From contig OZ244653.1 in NCBI GenBank assembly GCA_965218795.1, positions 256,001 to 320,000 of the forward strand: a stretch of DNA of 64,000 nucleotides. The letters are read 5' to 3'. This stretch comes from a bacterium (GTDB taxonomy: Bacteria; UBA8248; JACPRG01; G963555815). Of the stretch, positions 11,374 to 20,559 are shown one piece after another. How positions within the stretch are numbered: position 1 is the stretch's first letter; the number at the start of each line of letters is the position of its first letter. The notes beneath the pieces are model-generated. The model saw only the letters and a program-made list of their open reading frames with translations. It was not told where the DNA came from and made no database searches. The translations under genes were made by a program, and so were the position numbers.

Positions 11374-12215
11374 ATGACTTCGAAAGCAGGAAGGATCGGG
11401 CGAATGTTGACGGTTCTGACGGTCATCATCGCATTCGCGGCACTTGCGGCCGTACCGGTCGCCGCAAAGACCATGCAGGATATCGTCAAGGCCAAGGTAT
11501 TCAATATCGGGGTCGTGCCGTACGCCACCGACGTGATCAAGGACCCCAAGACCGGGGAGTACAAAGGGGTCTTTGTGGACGCCATGAAATTCATCTGCCA
11601 GACCATCAAGGTCAAGTGCGTATTCAAAGAGTTCGCCTGGGCCACGTTTATCGCAGGAATCCAGTCCCGGCAGATCGACCTCTCGATTGCCTCCACCTAT
11701 TCCAATCGATTGCCTCCACCTATTCCAAGATGACGCGGGCCCTGGTAGTCAACTTCAGCCGGCCAATCTACCTTCTGGGCTACAAGGCTGTGGCACGGAA
11801 AGGGGATATGAGGTTCAAACGACCGGAAGACCTGAACAACCCGGACATCACGATCGGCGTCACCCAGGGAACGGGTGAGATGGAATGGGTCAAGAAGGTC
11901 GCCCCCAAGGCCAAGCTGCGGGTGGTCAAGACCGAAGAAATGACCATGCTTCAGATTGTGACCAAGAAGGTGGATGTCTCCGTCGGCGACTCCATTGCCG
12001 CCAACCATGCCCTGGCCTCCCAGTCAGGGATTGAGCCGGTCCTGGGAGGAAGAATTTACAGCAAGAACATGGTCGCCTGGGCGGTCAACAAGCAGGACCC
12101 GGACATCCTGCTGATGTTCGTCAACACCGCGCTGAATCAGCTCATCGCGAGCGGCAAGCTCCTGGAACTGGCGAAAAAGTACAAGGCGCCGTGGATGAAC
12201 GACCTTGCCTTCTAG
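11374..12215 (+). pseudogene. Family 3 solute-binding protein, frameshifted by a 23-bp duplication
   Basis: Signal peptide and N-half start at 11374 (AAGGAGG RBS); C-half (FSRPIY, GVTQGT) is in another frame; removing one repeat copy gives a single 272-aa ORF. Confidence 0.9.
11683..11728. repeat. Exact 23-bp tandem duplication TCGATTGCCTCCACCTATTCCAA x2
   Basis: Copies at 11683-11705 and 11706-11728 read directly from the sequence. Confidence 0.97.
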
Positions 12216-12473
12216 GTGGCAACTGCCGCTGCGATTTCGCGGCGGCCGACGTAGTCGCTCTGCCCGATCGTAGCAACGCGCACGATCACGCAATGAACGT
12301 TTTGGGGGGAGTCTGAGGAGAGACGCACTGTATCGGTTCTCGGCACTCGCGTGCCTGGCTATGAAGCCATCGGAAGACAATGCGCCACAGAGGCTCTGAT
12401 TCAGGGACTAATTCTCATCCGCGGAATGGCCGGCGCGCGAGTGCTCAACCTGTCCCCTCAGTTCAAAAGGCCC

Positions 12474-12866
12474 TCACTCCACATAGGCGATGGCCTCGAT
12501 CTCGACCAGCATCTCCGGCTCGGCCAGGACCGCCTGGACTGTTGTGCGGGCGGGCGGATTTTCGGGGAACGCCTTGCCGAACTCTTCGTTCATGGCCTGG
12601 AAGTGGCGGATGTCCGGGAGGTACACGTTGCACTTGAGAACGTCCGCCATCGTGGCGCCGCCCTCTGCCAGGACCGATTGGACGTTCCTCAACACCTGGG
12701 CGGTTTGGGCGCCGGGATCTCCCACGCCTACAAGATTGCTGTTTTCGTCCCAGGCCACCTGGCCCGAGGTGTAAACCATCCGTCCTCCCCGGGTACCGGG
12801 GGAGTAGGGGTATTCCGGTTTCGGCAGAAAACTCAGATTCGACGGGCAAAGGACATCCTTCGGCAT
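12474..12866 (-). CDS. RidA/YjgF family protein
   Basis: PYSPG, VYTSGQ, FQAMNEEFGKAF, PPARTTV, LVEIEAIA; AGGAGA RBS before ATG 12866. Confidence 0.93.
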   Translation of the reverse strand: MPKDVLCPSNLSFLPKPEYPYSPGTRGGRMVYTSGQVAWDENSNLVGVGDPGAQTAQVLRNVQSVLAEGGATMADVLKCNVYLPDIRHFQAMNEEFGKAFPENPPARTTVQAVLAEPEMLVEIEAIAYVE

Positions 12867-13047
12867 GTCCGGTCTCCTCTCTTGCGGTTCAGACGGAACG
12901 AGGGCGCCCTCCTGACGCGGCGGGCCTGGCAATGAATCTATCCCACGCGGCGCTGCGCTGTCGAGGATGACGGAAGGCGGGGGCGGTCGGTGCTATCTCC
13001 GCTTGAAGTCGATTGCAGGTGAGCGAGAAGGAACGGCCGCCGGACAT

Positions 13048-13076
13048 TTGACACCCTCCCGCGCCTGCGGGAGAAT
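13048..13076 (+). promoter_or_regulatory. Putative sigma70 promoter of the amidohydrolase array
   Basis: TTGACA-17 nt-GAGAAT. Confidence 0.5.
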
Positions 13077-13133
13077 CCGAATGGTTTCCTTCAGTCCTTG
13101 TTCCGATTCCACTTTTTCATGTTGAAGAGACCG

Positions 13134-14669
13134 ATGGACCGAATCCTCATCCGCGCAAATCGGGTGCTGACGCTGAGGGATCAGAATGATGTCCTGTCCA
13201 AGGGCGCGGTGATCGTCGCGGACGGCAGGATTGAGGCCGTTGGAGCCCATGAAGAGCTGTCCAAGCGAGGCCCCTTCGACGAAGAACTGGGATCCCTGAC
13301 GCGTGATATCGCAATGCCCGGATTGGTCAGCGCGCACCACCATTCGGGGAACGGTATCCGGGACGGTCTGGAAGACTTCCCGCTGGAGGTCTGGCTGCCC
13401 CTCGTTGTTGGAAGTTATCAGGCCGGGATAGACGAAGAGGAGACCTACCTGCGGGCCTTGTGGTCGGGCCTGGAGCTTCAGCGCAACGGCGTCACCACCG
13501 TGGTGGATTTTCATACCCCCAGTCCGTCTCTGCCCGGGTGGGGGATCCCGGCCTGCATCCAGGCTTATCTGGACGCGGGAATGCGCGTGTCGCTCGGCAT
13601 CTCAGTAGGCGATCAGAATCCTTTCGTCTATGGGGACCATAGGTCCTTTCTCGCGGCGTTGCCCAAGGCGCAACGGAAATGGGCGGAGGGATTCCTCGCC
13701 CCGGTGGATCCGGACGCATTCTTCCGCGTCTTCGATGAGATGTTCGGCGAATTCGACGGGAAGGAGGGTATCGTCCGGATTCTCCTGACTCCGCAGGGGA
13801 TTCAATGGTGCTCTGATGAGCTGTTGGGCCGGGTCAAGCGAAAGGCCGGGGAGGTCGGTACGGGAATTCAACTCCACGTCTACGAATCGCGGTATGAGAT
13901 GATGTACGGGCCCCGGGAGCTGGGGAAGAGCGGCATTCGGCACCTCGGGGACATTGGGTTCTTGGGGCCCGAAGTCAGTTTCGCGCACTGCATCTGGCCC
14001 TCAGAGGAGGACATCTCCCTGGTGGCGGATACGGCCACGGCGGTGGTCCATAACCCGAGCCAGAATTTAAAACTGGTGAACGGGATCGCGCCCGTCTCGG
14101 TCATGCGGGACAAGGGGGTGCGCTTTGGTATGGGGACGGACGGCTCCAGCCTCAACGACGACAACGACATCTGGACGGAGCTTCGTCTCGGCTGGTTTCT
14201 GGCGCGGCAGCCCTCCATCGACTGGCGGCCGATTCCCGCCCGGGAATGGATGAGCCGATGCATCCGGGAGGGCAACCAAATCGCCATGCAGCAGAACGTC
14301 GGCGGGCTGGAGGCGGGCCGGGCCGCGGATCTCGTTCTTCTGGACGGAGGGCGGATCTTCAAAGACCCGGTATCCAACCCGGATATCGATCCATGGGAGC
14401 TTTGCCTCCACCGCGCGCAGGGCGGACGCGATGTCCACACCGTGATTTCGGCGGGCCGGGTCGTGCGGAGGAAGGGGAAGAGCGTCCTGGTGGACGAGCG
14501 GGACATCGGCCGGAGGCTGGGCAAGGCGCTCAGGAAGAGATATGGTCGTTTGCGGAAGGACAAGAAGTTCATCGCTCCGGTGCTGGAAGAGATCCGGGGG
14601 CATTTCCGGTCGTGGGAAGACGAAACCGACGTGCCGGCGCCCCGTGTTTATCGATACAACCAGGTGTAG
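13134..14669 (+). CDS. Metal-dependent amidohydrolase (AtzA/TriA/MTA-SAH deaminase-like), copy 1
   Basis: MPGLVSAHHHSG, LHVYES, FAHC, HNPSQN, GTDG; 511 aa from ATG 13134. Confidence 0.9.
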   Translation: MDRILIRANRVLTLRDQNDVLSKGAVIVADGRIEAVGAHEELSKRGPFDEELGSLTRDIAMPGLVSAHHHSGNGIRDGLEDFPLEVWLPLVVGSYQAGIDEEETYLRALWSGLELQRNGVTTVVDFHTPSPSLPGWGIPACIQAYLDAGMRVSLGISVGDQNPFVYGDHRSFLAALPKAQRKWAEGFLAPVDPDAFFRVFDEMFGEFDGKEGIVRILLTPQGIQWCSDELLGRVKRKAGEVGTGIQLHVYESRYEMMYGPRELGKSGIRHLGDIGFLGPEVSFAHCIWPSEEDISLVADTATAVVHNPSQNLKLVNGIAPVSVMRDKGVRFGMGTDGSSLNDDNDIWTELRLGWFLARQPSIDWRPIPAREWMSRCIREGNQIAMQQNVGGLEAGRAADLVLLDGGRIFKDPVSNPDIDPWELCLHRAQGGRDVHTVISAGRVVRRKGKSVLVDERDIGRRLGKALRKRYGRLRKDKKFIAPVLEEIRGHFRSWEDETDVPAPRVYRYNQV

Positions 14670-14733
14670 GTCCGGGACACGCGCCCGTTTTCATGCGTCT
14701 CATCCCCATTGATTTCCATCTTCGGAGGTATCC

Positions 14734-16269
14734 ATGAGCAGAATCCTGCTTCGAGGCAATCGCGTCCTGACGCTCCAGGAAGGTGACGACTGCATCCGTA
14801 ACGGCGCGGTCATCGTCTCCGACGGGAAGATTGAGGCGGTGGGGTCTCATGAGGAGTTGTCGAAAAACGGACCGTTCGATGAAGAGCTGGGTTCGCTGGA
14901 GGACGACGTCGTCATGCCGGGCCTCGTCAGCGCCCATCATCACGCGGGGAACAACGTCCGTGACGGTCTCGACGATCGGCCTCTGGAAACGTGGATCCCG
15001 CTGATTTTCGGCAGTTATCGGGTGGGTATGACGGAGGAGGAAACCTACCTGCGGAGCCTCTGGTCCGCTCTGGAGCTTCAGCGGTGCGGCGTGACCACCG
15101 TCGTGGACTTTCACGCGCCTTCGATGAACCTTCCCCGGTGGGGATTTGCGCCATGCGTACAGGCCTATCTGGACGCGGGCATTCGGGTATCCTTCGGGGT
15201 TTCCACCCGGGATCAGAACGCCTTTGTCTACGGCGACCACACCGACTTCCTGAACGGATTGCCGGAGGAGCAGAAGAAGTGGGCGGAAGGGTTCATGGGC
15301 CCTCCCGATCTGGACGAGTATTTCCGGGTCGTGGACGACATGTACGGCGAATTCAACGGGAAGGACGACATCGTCCGAATCTTCATCACCCCTTTGGGCG
15401 TCCAGTGGACCTCGGAAGAGCTGCTCAAACGTGCGAAGAAGAAAGCGGGCGAGTTGGAAACGGGCCTTCAGATTCACGTGGTCGAATCGCGCTATCAGAT
15501 GATGTACGGCCCGAAGCGGCTCGGGACGAGCACCATCGGCCACCTCAACGATATCGGATTCCTGGGGCCCGAGGTCAGCTTCGCCCACTGCATCTGGCCG
15601 TCGCGGGAAGACATTCGGATCCTGGTGGACACCGGCACGGCCATCACCCACAACCCGACGCAGAACGTCAAGCTCGCCAGCGGCATCGCCCCCATCTGGA
15701 CCATGCGGGAGATGGGCCTCCGCTTCGCGTTTGGGACGGACGGCTCCTCGTTCAACGATGACAACGATCTGTGGACGGAGTTGCGTCTGGGCTGGTTCCT
15801 CGCGCGGCCCCCGTCCATCGACTGGGAGAACATTCCGGCCAAGGAGTGGTTCACGCGGTGTATTCTGGAAGGCAACCGGATCGCCATGCACGATAACCTG
15901 GGCAGCCTGGAGCCGGGGAGGACCGCGGACATCACCATCCTGAACGGTAAGAGAATATTTGACGATCCGGCTTCTTATCCCGATTACGACCCGTGGACCC
16001 TGCTCCTCCACCGGACGCACGGCACCCGGGACATCCACACCGTCATGACCAAGGGCGAGGTCGTCGTTCGTGATGGAAAGAGCGTTCGCGTGGACACGGA
16101 AGACGTCGGCCGCAGGCTCGCGAAGCTCCTTGAATCCAGGCATGCCCGGCTCCAGAAGGACAGGCCCTTCTTCGATCCCATCATCAAGGGCATTCGCAGC
16201 TATTTCCATGAATGGGAAGTGGAGACCGAGGTCCCGGCTCCCGGGCTGTATCGCTATAACCGGATCTGA
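14734..16269 (+). CDS. Metal-dependent amidohydrolase, copy 2
   Basis: MPGLVSAHHHAG, IHVVES, FAHC, HNPTQN, GTDG; 511 aa. Confidence 0.9.
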   Translation: MSRILLRGNRVLTLQEGDDCIRNGAVIVSDGKIEAVGSHEELSKNGPFDEELGSLEDDVVMPGLVSAHHHAGNNVRDGLDDRPLETWIPLIFGSYRVGMTEEETYLRSLWSALELQRCGVTTVVDFHAPSMNLPRWGFAPCVQAYLDAGIRVSFGVSTRDQNAFVYGDHTDFLNGLPEEQKKWAEGFMGPPDLDEYFRVVDDMYGEFNGKDDIVRIFITPLGVQWTSEELLKRAKKKAGELETGLQIHVVESRYQMMYGPKRLGTSTIGHLNDIGFLGPEVSFAHCIWPSREDIRILVDTGTAITHNPTQNVKLASGIAPIWTMREMGLRFAFGTDGSSFNDDNDLWTELRLGWFLARPPSIDWENIPAKEWFTRCILEGNRIAMHDNLGSLEPGRTADITILNGKRIFDDPASYPDYDPWTLLLHRTHGTRDIHTVMTKGEVVVRDGKSVRVDTEDVGRRLAKLLESRHARLQKDRPFFDPIIKGIRSYFHEWEVETEVPAPGLYRYNRI

Positions 16270-16395
16270 CGGCGGCGGATGAAACCCGCCGCGCCTGTTT
16301 CCGGGATGGGGCCGAAATGATTTCCGGCCGGCCCCCGGAGAGAGGCCGAGCGCGTCCCGCGGTGAGACGGCATTCCCTTCTTTCGCGAGGTTTCC

Positions 16396-17931
16396 ATGAG
16401 CCGAATCCTCATCCGTGCCAATCGTGTCATGACCCTGCGGGACCAGGACGACGTCATCCGCCGGGGGGCCGTTATCGTGGAGGGGGGGAGGATCGAGGCG
16501 GTGGGCCCGTACCGGGAGTTGTCCGGGCGCGGTCCCTTCGATGAGGAGCTGGGCTCGCTCGCCCATGACATCGCCATGCCCGGACTGGTGAGCGCCCACC
16601 ACCACCCCGGGAACAACATCCGCGACGGACTCGAGGACAACCCCCTCGAACTCTGGTTGCCGGTCATCTTCGGAAGCTACCGCGTCGAGATGACCGAAGA
16701 AGAAAATTACCTCCGCAGCCTTTGGTCCGCCCTGGAGCTTCAGCGGAGCGGAGTGACCACGGTCGTCGATTTTCATCCGGCCAACTCATACCTTCCCCGC
16801 TGGGGGATCCCTCCGTGCATCCAGGCGCACTTGGATGCGGGAATGCGCGTGACCTTCGGGGTTTCCGTGCGCGACCAGAACTTCTACGTCTATGGGGATC
16901 ACACGTCCTTTCTTGACCGCCTGCCCAAGCGGCAGCGGGCGTGGGTGGAGGGATCGATGGCGCCCCCGGATCACGATGAGTACTTCCGCCTGTTCGACGG
17001 AATTTTCGGCGAATTCAACGGCCGGGACGACCGGGTGCAGATCTTCCTGATGCCCGCGGGACCCCAGACGGCCTCCGACCGGCTTCTCCGTCGCATCAAG
17101 GAGAAGGCGGCGGATGTCCGGACGGGAATCCAGCTTCACGTCGACGAATCCCGTTATCAGATGATGTCCGGTCCGAAGCTCTACGGCAAAACCCTCACGG
17201 GACATCTGGAGGAAATCGGTTTCCTGGGGCCTGAGGTCAGCTTCGCCCACTACGTCTGGCCCACAGAGGACGATATCCGGATCATGGCCGACACGGGTAC
17301 GGGCGTTTCTCACAATCCCACGCAGAATTTCAAGCTCTGGAGCGGTATCGCGCCCGTCTACCGGATGCGGCAGCAGGGCGTCCGGTTCGGAATTGGGACG
17401 GACGGATCCAGCTTCAACGACGACAACGATATCTGGACTGAGCTCCGCCTGGGGTGGTTCCTCGCCCGGCCCCCGTCCATCGATTCGGAAAAGATTCCAC
17501 CTCGGGAATGGATCGGCCGGTGCGTTCAGGAGGGCAACCGGATCGCCATGCAGGACAACCTGGGGAGCCTGGCCGAGGGGAAAACGGCGGACCTCATCCT
17601 CGTGGACGGAAGAAAGATATTCAAAGACCCGGATTCCCATCCCGACTCGGACCCCTGGCTCATCCTCCTGCACCGTGCGCAGGGAGTGCGCGACGTTCAC
17701 ACCGTCATGATCGGCGGGCGGGTCGTGAGGCGGAAGGGCAAAAGCGTCGTCGTGGACGAGGCGGATATCGGACGGCGCTTCAAGAAGACGTTGAAAAAGC
17801 GGTACCAGCGGCTTCGGAAGGACAAGCCCTTCTTTGCCCCGATTCTGGAGGCCGTTCAGGAAAACTTCCGGGAGTGGGAGGAGGATTCCAACGTCCCGCC
17901 TCCAAACATTCACCGCTACAATCAAGTCTGA
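16396..17931 (+). CDS. Metal-dependent amidohydrolase, copy 3
   Basis: MPGLVSAHHHPG, LHVDES, FAHY, HNPTQN, GTDG; 511 aa. Confidence 0.9.
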   Translation: MSRILIRANRVMTLRDQDDVIRRGAVIVEGGRIEAVGPYRELSGRGPFDEELGSLAHDIAMPGLVSAHHHPGNNIRDGLEDNPLELWLPVIFGSYRVEMTEEENYLRSLWSALELQRSGVTTVVDFHPANSYLPRWGIPPCIQAHLDAGMRVTFGVSVRDQNFYVYGDHTSFLDRLPKRQRAWVEGSMAPPDHDEYFRLFDGIFGEFNGRDDRVQIFLMPAGPQTASDRLLRRIKEKAADVRTGIQLHVDESRYQMMSGPKLYGKTLTGHLEEIGFLGPEVSFAHYVWPTEDDIRIMADTGTGVSHNPTQNFKLWSGIAPVYRMRQQGVRFGIGTDGSSFNDDNDIWTELRLGWFLARPPSIDSEKIPPREWIGRCVQEGNRIAMQDNLGSLAEGKTADLILVDGRKIFKDPDSHPDSDPWLILLHRAQGVRDVHTVMIGGRVVRRKGKSVVVDEADIGRRFKKTLKKRYQRLRKDKPFFAPILEAVQENFREWEEDSNVPPPNIHRYNQV

Positions 17932-17956
17932 GGGAATTCAGGAGGAGTCGGATCGA

Positions 17957-18772
17957 ATGGCAAACGGTGACCCATGGGCCCTGATTCTCGGAGCCTCCAG
18001 CGGATTCGGCGGAGCGACGGCCAAGGCCCTCGCCCGGGACGGCATGAACATCATCGGCGTTCATCTCGACCGCAAGAAGACCCTGGCCCACGCGGAGGCC
18101 ATCCGGGACGAAATCCTGGAGATGAATCGAAAGGTCCTTTTCTTCAACATGAACGCCGCCGACCCGGAAAAACGGACCGAGGCGTTGGACGACGTCCATT
18201 CGGCCTTCGACGAGGCGGGGGGCGGAAACATCAAAGTCATGCTCCACTCCCTGGCTTTTGGAACCCTTCGGCTCTATATCGCGGACGACCCCTCGGAGTC
18301 CCTGAGCCAGAAGCAGATGGAGATGACCCTCGACGTCATGGCCCACAGCCTCGTCTACTGGACGCAGGACCTCGTCCACCGGGGCCTGATGGGGAAGGGC
18401 GGCAAGGTCTTCGCCATGACGAGCGAAGGCGGGCACCGCGTCATCCCCCACTATGGCGCGGTCTCCGCCGCGAAGGCCGCGCTGGAATCCCACATCCGCC
18501 AACTGGCCGCCGAGCTGGCGCCGCGCGGCATCACCGCCAACTCCATTCGCGCGGGCGTGACGGACACACCGGCCTTGCGGATGATCCCCGGCCATGAGCT
18601 GATGCTCGAGGCGACCCGGCAGCGAAACCCCGGCGGGCGTTTGACGACGCCGGAGGACATCGCCTCGGCGATCGTGCTCCTCTGCAAGGACGGCGCGGAT
18701 TGGATGACGGGCAACATCATCGGCGTGGACGGCGGCGAGGACATCGTCGGCTTCGGCAGGGACCCCAGGTGA
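17957..18772 (+). CDS. SDR oxidoreductase, enoyl-ACP reductase (FabL/FabI)-like
   Basis: LILGASSGFG, YGAVSAAK (Yx6K), AGVTDTPAL, MTGNIIGVDGG; GGAGG RBS. Confidence 0.85.
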   Translation: MANGDPWALILGASSGFGGATAKALARDGMNIIGVHLDRKKTLAHAEAIRDEILEMNRKVLFFNMNAADPEKRTEALDDVHSAFDEAGGGNIKVMLHSLAFGTLRLYIADDPSESLSQKQMEMTLDVMAHSLVYWTQDLVHRGLMGKGGKVFAMTSEGGHRVIPHYGAVSAAKAALESHIRQLAAELAPRGITANSIRAGVTDTPALRMIPGHELMLEATRQRNPGGRLTTPEDIASAIVLLCKDGADWMTGNIIGVDGGEDIVGFGRDPR

Positions 18773-18794
18773 GCTTCGCCCGGGGGGAATCGAA

Positions 18795-19244
18795 TTGAGC
18801 CCGCGCCCCGTCCGGGACACGCCGGATGTCTACGCTGATCCCATTACGTTTCCGGAGAAGGCGCGCGAGGGCGTCACGCTGTTCAACCGGCGTGAGTACT
18901 GGGAATCCCACGAGGCCTGGGAGGACATCTGGCGTGAGGGGAACCCCACCGAACGGCTCTTTTATCAAGGTCTCATTCAGGTGGCGGCGGGTTTCGTAAA
19001 GATCCAGAAGGTCTGGCACGCGCCGGCCGTCTTAAACCTCCAAAAAGGCCTTTCAAAGCTGAAGCTCCTGGATAACCCCGATGTCCCGATCGACTTTGGC
19101 GCCTTTGTGACCGAGGCGCAGGCCGTTTTGGACAAGCTCATCGAGCTCGGCCGGGTTCCCTTCGAGCGGGAAGCGTGGGACTGGTGGCCGAAAATCGATT
19201 ACCTGCCTTCATTTTCTATCACACCAACCGATCGGCTGAAATGA
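18795..19244 (+). CDS. DUF309 domain protein
   Basis: GVTLFNRREYWESHEAWEDIW...FYQGLIQVAA. Confidence 0.85.
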   Translation: MSPRPVRDTPDVYADPITFPEKAREGVTLFNRREYWESHEAWEDIWREGNPTERLFYQGLIQVAAGFVKIQKVWHAPAVLNLQKGLSKLKLLDNPDVPIDFGAFVTEAQAVLDKLIELGRVPFEREAWDWWPKIDYLPSFSITPTDRLK

Positions 19245-19307
19245 GCCAGCCGATGGATCGGCATCGTTGAATACTTCCAGCTCGTTGAGACCGATTCCAG
19301 CCCGTCT

Positions 19308-19469
19308 TCGCCATCGTCTTGGACGGGTTGGGGGCGTCCACGCTCTGAGCCGGATCCGTCCGGAACATGATCGCGGTGACGATTGGCAACATCATCGGCG
19401 GGACGCTGCAGGTCGGCCGGAGTGTACTGGCTGGCCTGCTTGCGCGGAGAACGAAATCAGGGGGCGTGA
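19308..19469 (+). pseudogene. C-terminal remnant of a formate/nitrite transporter (FNT)
   Basis: RNMIAVTIGNIIGGTLQV then, after a one-base shift, AGVYWLACLRGERNQGA*; in-frame stop just upstream. Confidence 0.75.
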
Positions 19470-19589
19470 GCGCCACAGTGGGACAACGGGCCCACCGAAC
19501 ATAATGGCGGCCTCCGGGATACGGGGGCCGCTATTATGTTTCAGGGAATGTTCTAAGAGAAATCGGGCCTTCGTTCATCCCTTCCGAAT

Positions 19590-20516
19590 CTAAGCGACGG
19601 GGACCGTCGTCGCCTCCAGAATCGCCTGCAGGGCTTTCCGCTCCTCGCCGGAGATTTCCGGCAGAGGCGCCCGCACACGCGCGGTCTCCATCCGGCCCGC
19701 CCAGACCAGGCCCTCTTTCAATCTGGGGATGGCCTTGATCATCGGCGGAGCAAAAAGCGCATTGGCCGCGGGGGCGAGCCGGTCGTTGATGGACTTGGCC
19801 CGGTTGATGTCCCCGCTCTGGACCGCCTCGAACATCTCCACGATCATCTCCGGGAACAGGGTGTGCAGCACCAGGAGGGTCCCCTCCGCTCCCGCCAGGA
19901 AATTGTAGAACAGGATGGTGTCGTTCCCCGTGAGGACCTGGATGTCGCGGCTGGAATCCTGCACGGCCTTCAGGTTCGCCTCGAACCCTTGGGTGTTCCA
20001 CATAGTGTCCTTGATGCCGATGACGCCGGGGGCCTCGCACAAGCGTCCCACGATCTCCGGCGTGTAATGAACGCCGGCGTACGCGCCCGTGACGAAATAG
20101 ATGATGGGGACCCGACCCTCCTCGGCCACGGTTGCCGTGTATCGGTACACGTCCTCCGGGCCGATCCCCCAGGTGAACCAGCTGGGTCCCAGAAGCATGA
20201 CGGCGTCGGCCCCGGCCTCTCCGGCTTCCCGGGCCATCTCGACGGCCGCCTCGGTCGTCGCCGGGGAGGGCGAGATCGCCGCGACGGTCGTGAATCCGCC
20301 CGCCCGGGCTGCCTCGACGGCCAGCTCGATGACCTCCTGGCGTTCGAGCCGAGTGAGCGAATCCCCCTCGCCCGCGTGGGCGTTGACGACGAGACCGGTC
20401 ATCAGCCCCGTATCGAGAAGGAAATCCATCTGGGACCGCAGTCCGCCCGAGTCGATCTTTCCGTCGTCCCGGAACGGCACGACACAAGCCGCGAGATGAC
20501 GATATGCATTGGTCAT
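19590..20516 (-). CDS. DHDPS/class I aldolase family protein
   Basis: VVPF, NAHAGEG, Schiff-base Lys in GIKDT, LTGND; AGGAGA RBS before ATG 20516. Confidence 0.9.
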   Translation of the reverse strand: MTNAYRHLAACVVPFRDDGKIDSGGLRSQMDFLLDTGLMTGLVVNAHAGEGDSLTRLERQEVIELAVEAARAGGFTTVAAISPSPATTEAAVEMAREAGEAGADAVMLLGPSWFTWGIGPEDVYRYTATVAEEGRVPIIYFVTGAYAGVHYTPEIVGRLCEAPGVIGIKDTMWNTQGFEANLKAVQDSSRDIQVLTGNDTILFYNFLAGAEGTLLVLHTLFPEMIVEMFEAVQSGDINRAKSINDRLAPAANALFAPPMIKAIPRLKEGLVWAGRMETARVRAPLPEISGEERKALQAILEATTVPVA

Positions 20517-20559
20517 ATCCGCCGTGTTCTCCTGTTGGGTTCGGCCTGTCCTTTGCGTC

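Noticed and set aside
11683-11728. 23-bp repeat as a CRISPR array
   Set aside because: Only two directly adjacent copies, no spacer, inside a gene, no cas genes.
11307-12215. 302-aa ORF as the intact binding protein
   Set aside because: Its N-terminal part is out-of-frame nonsense; the true N-terminus with RBS and signal peptide starts at 11374 in another frame.
12216-12470. Integron attC-like site after the binding-protein gene
   Set aside because: Only a short hairpin; no paired RYYYAAC/GTTRRRY boxes and no integrase.
14569-16776. 735-aa minus-strand ORF and other long antisense ORFs (9662-11257, 23364-24653, 38784-40061, 52534-53565)
   Set aside because: Antisense shadows of well-supported genes in GC-rich DNA; no family motifs of their own.
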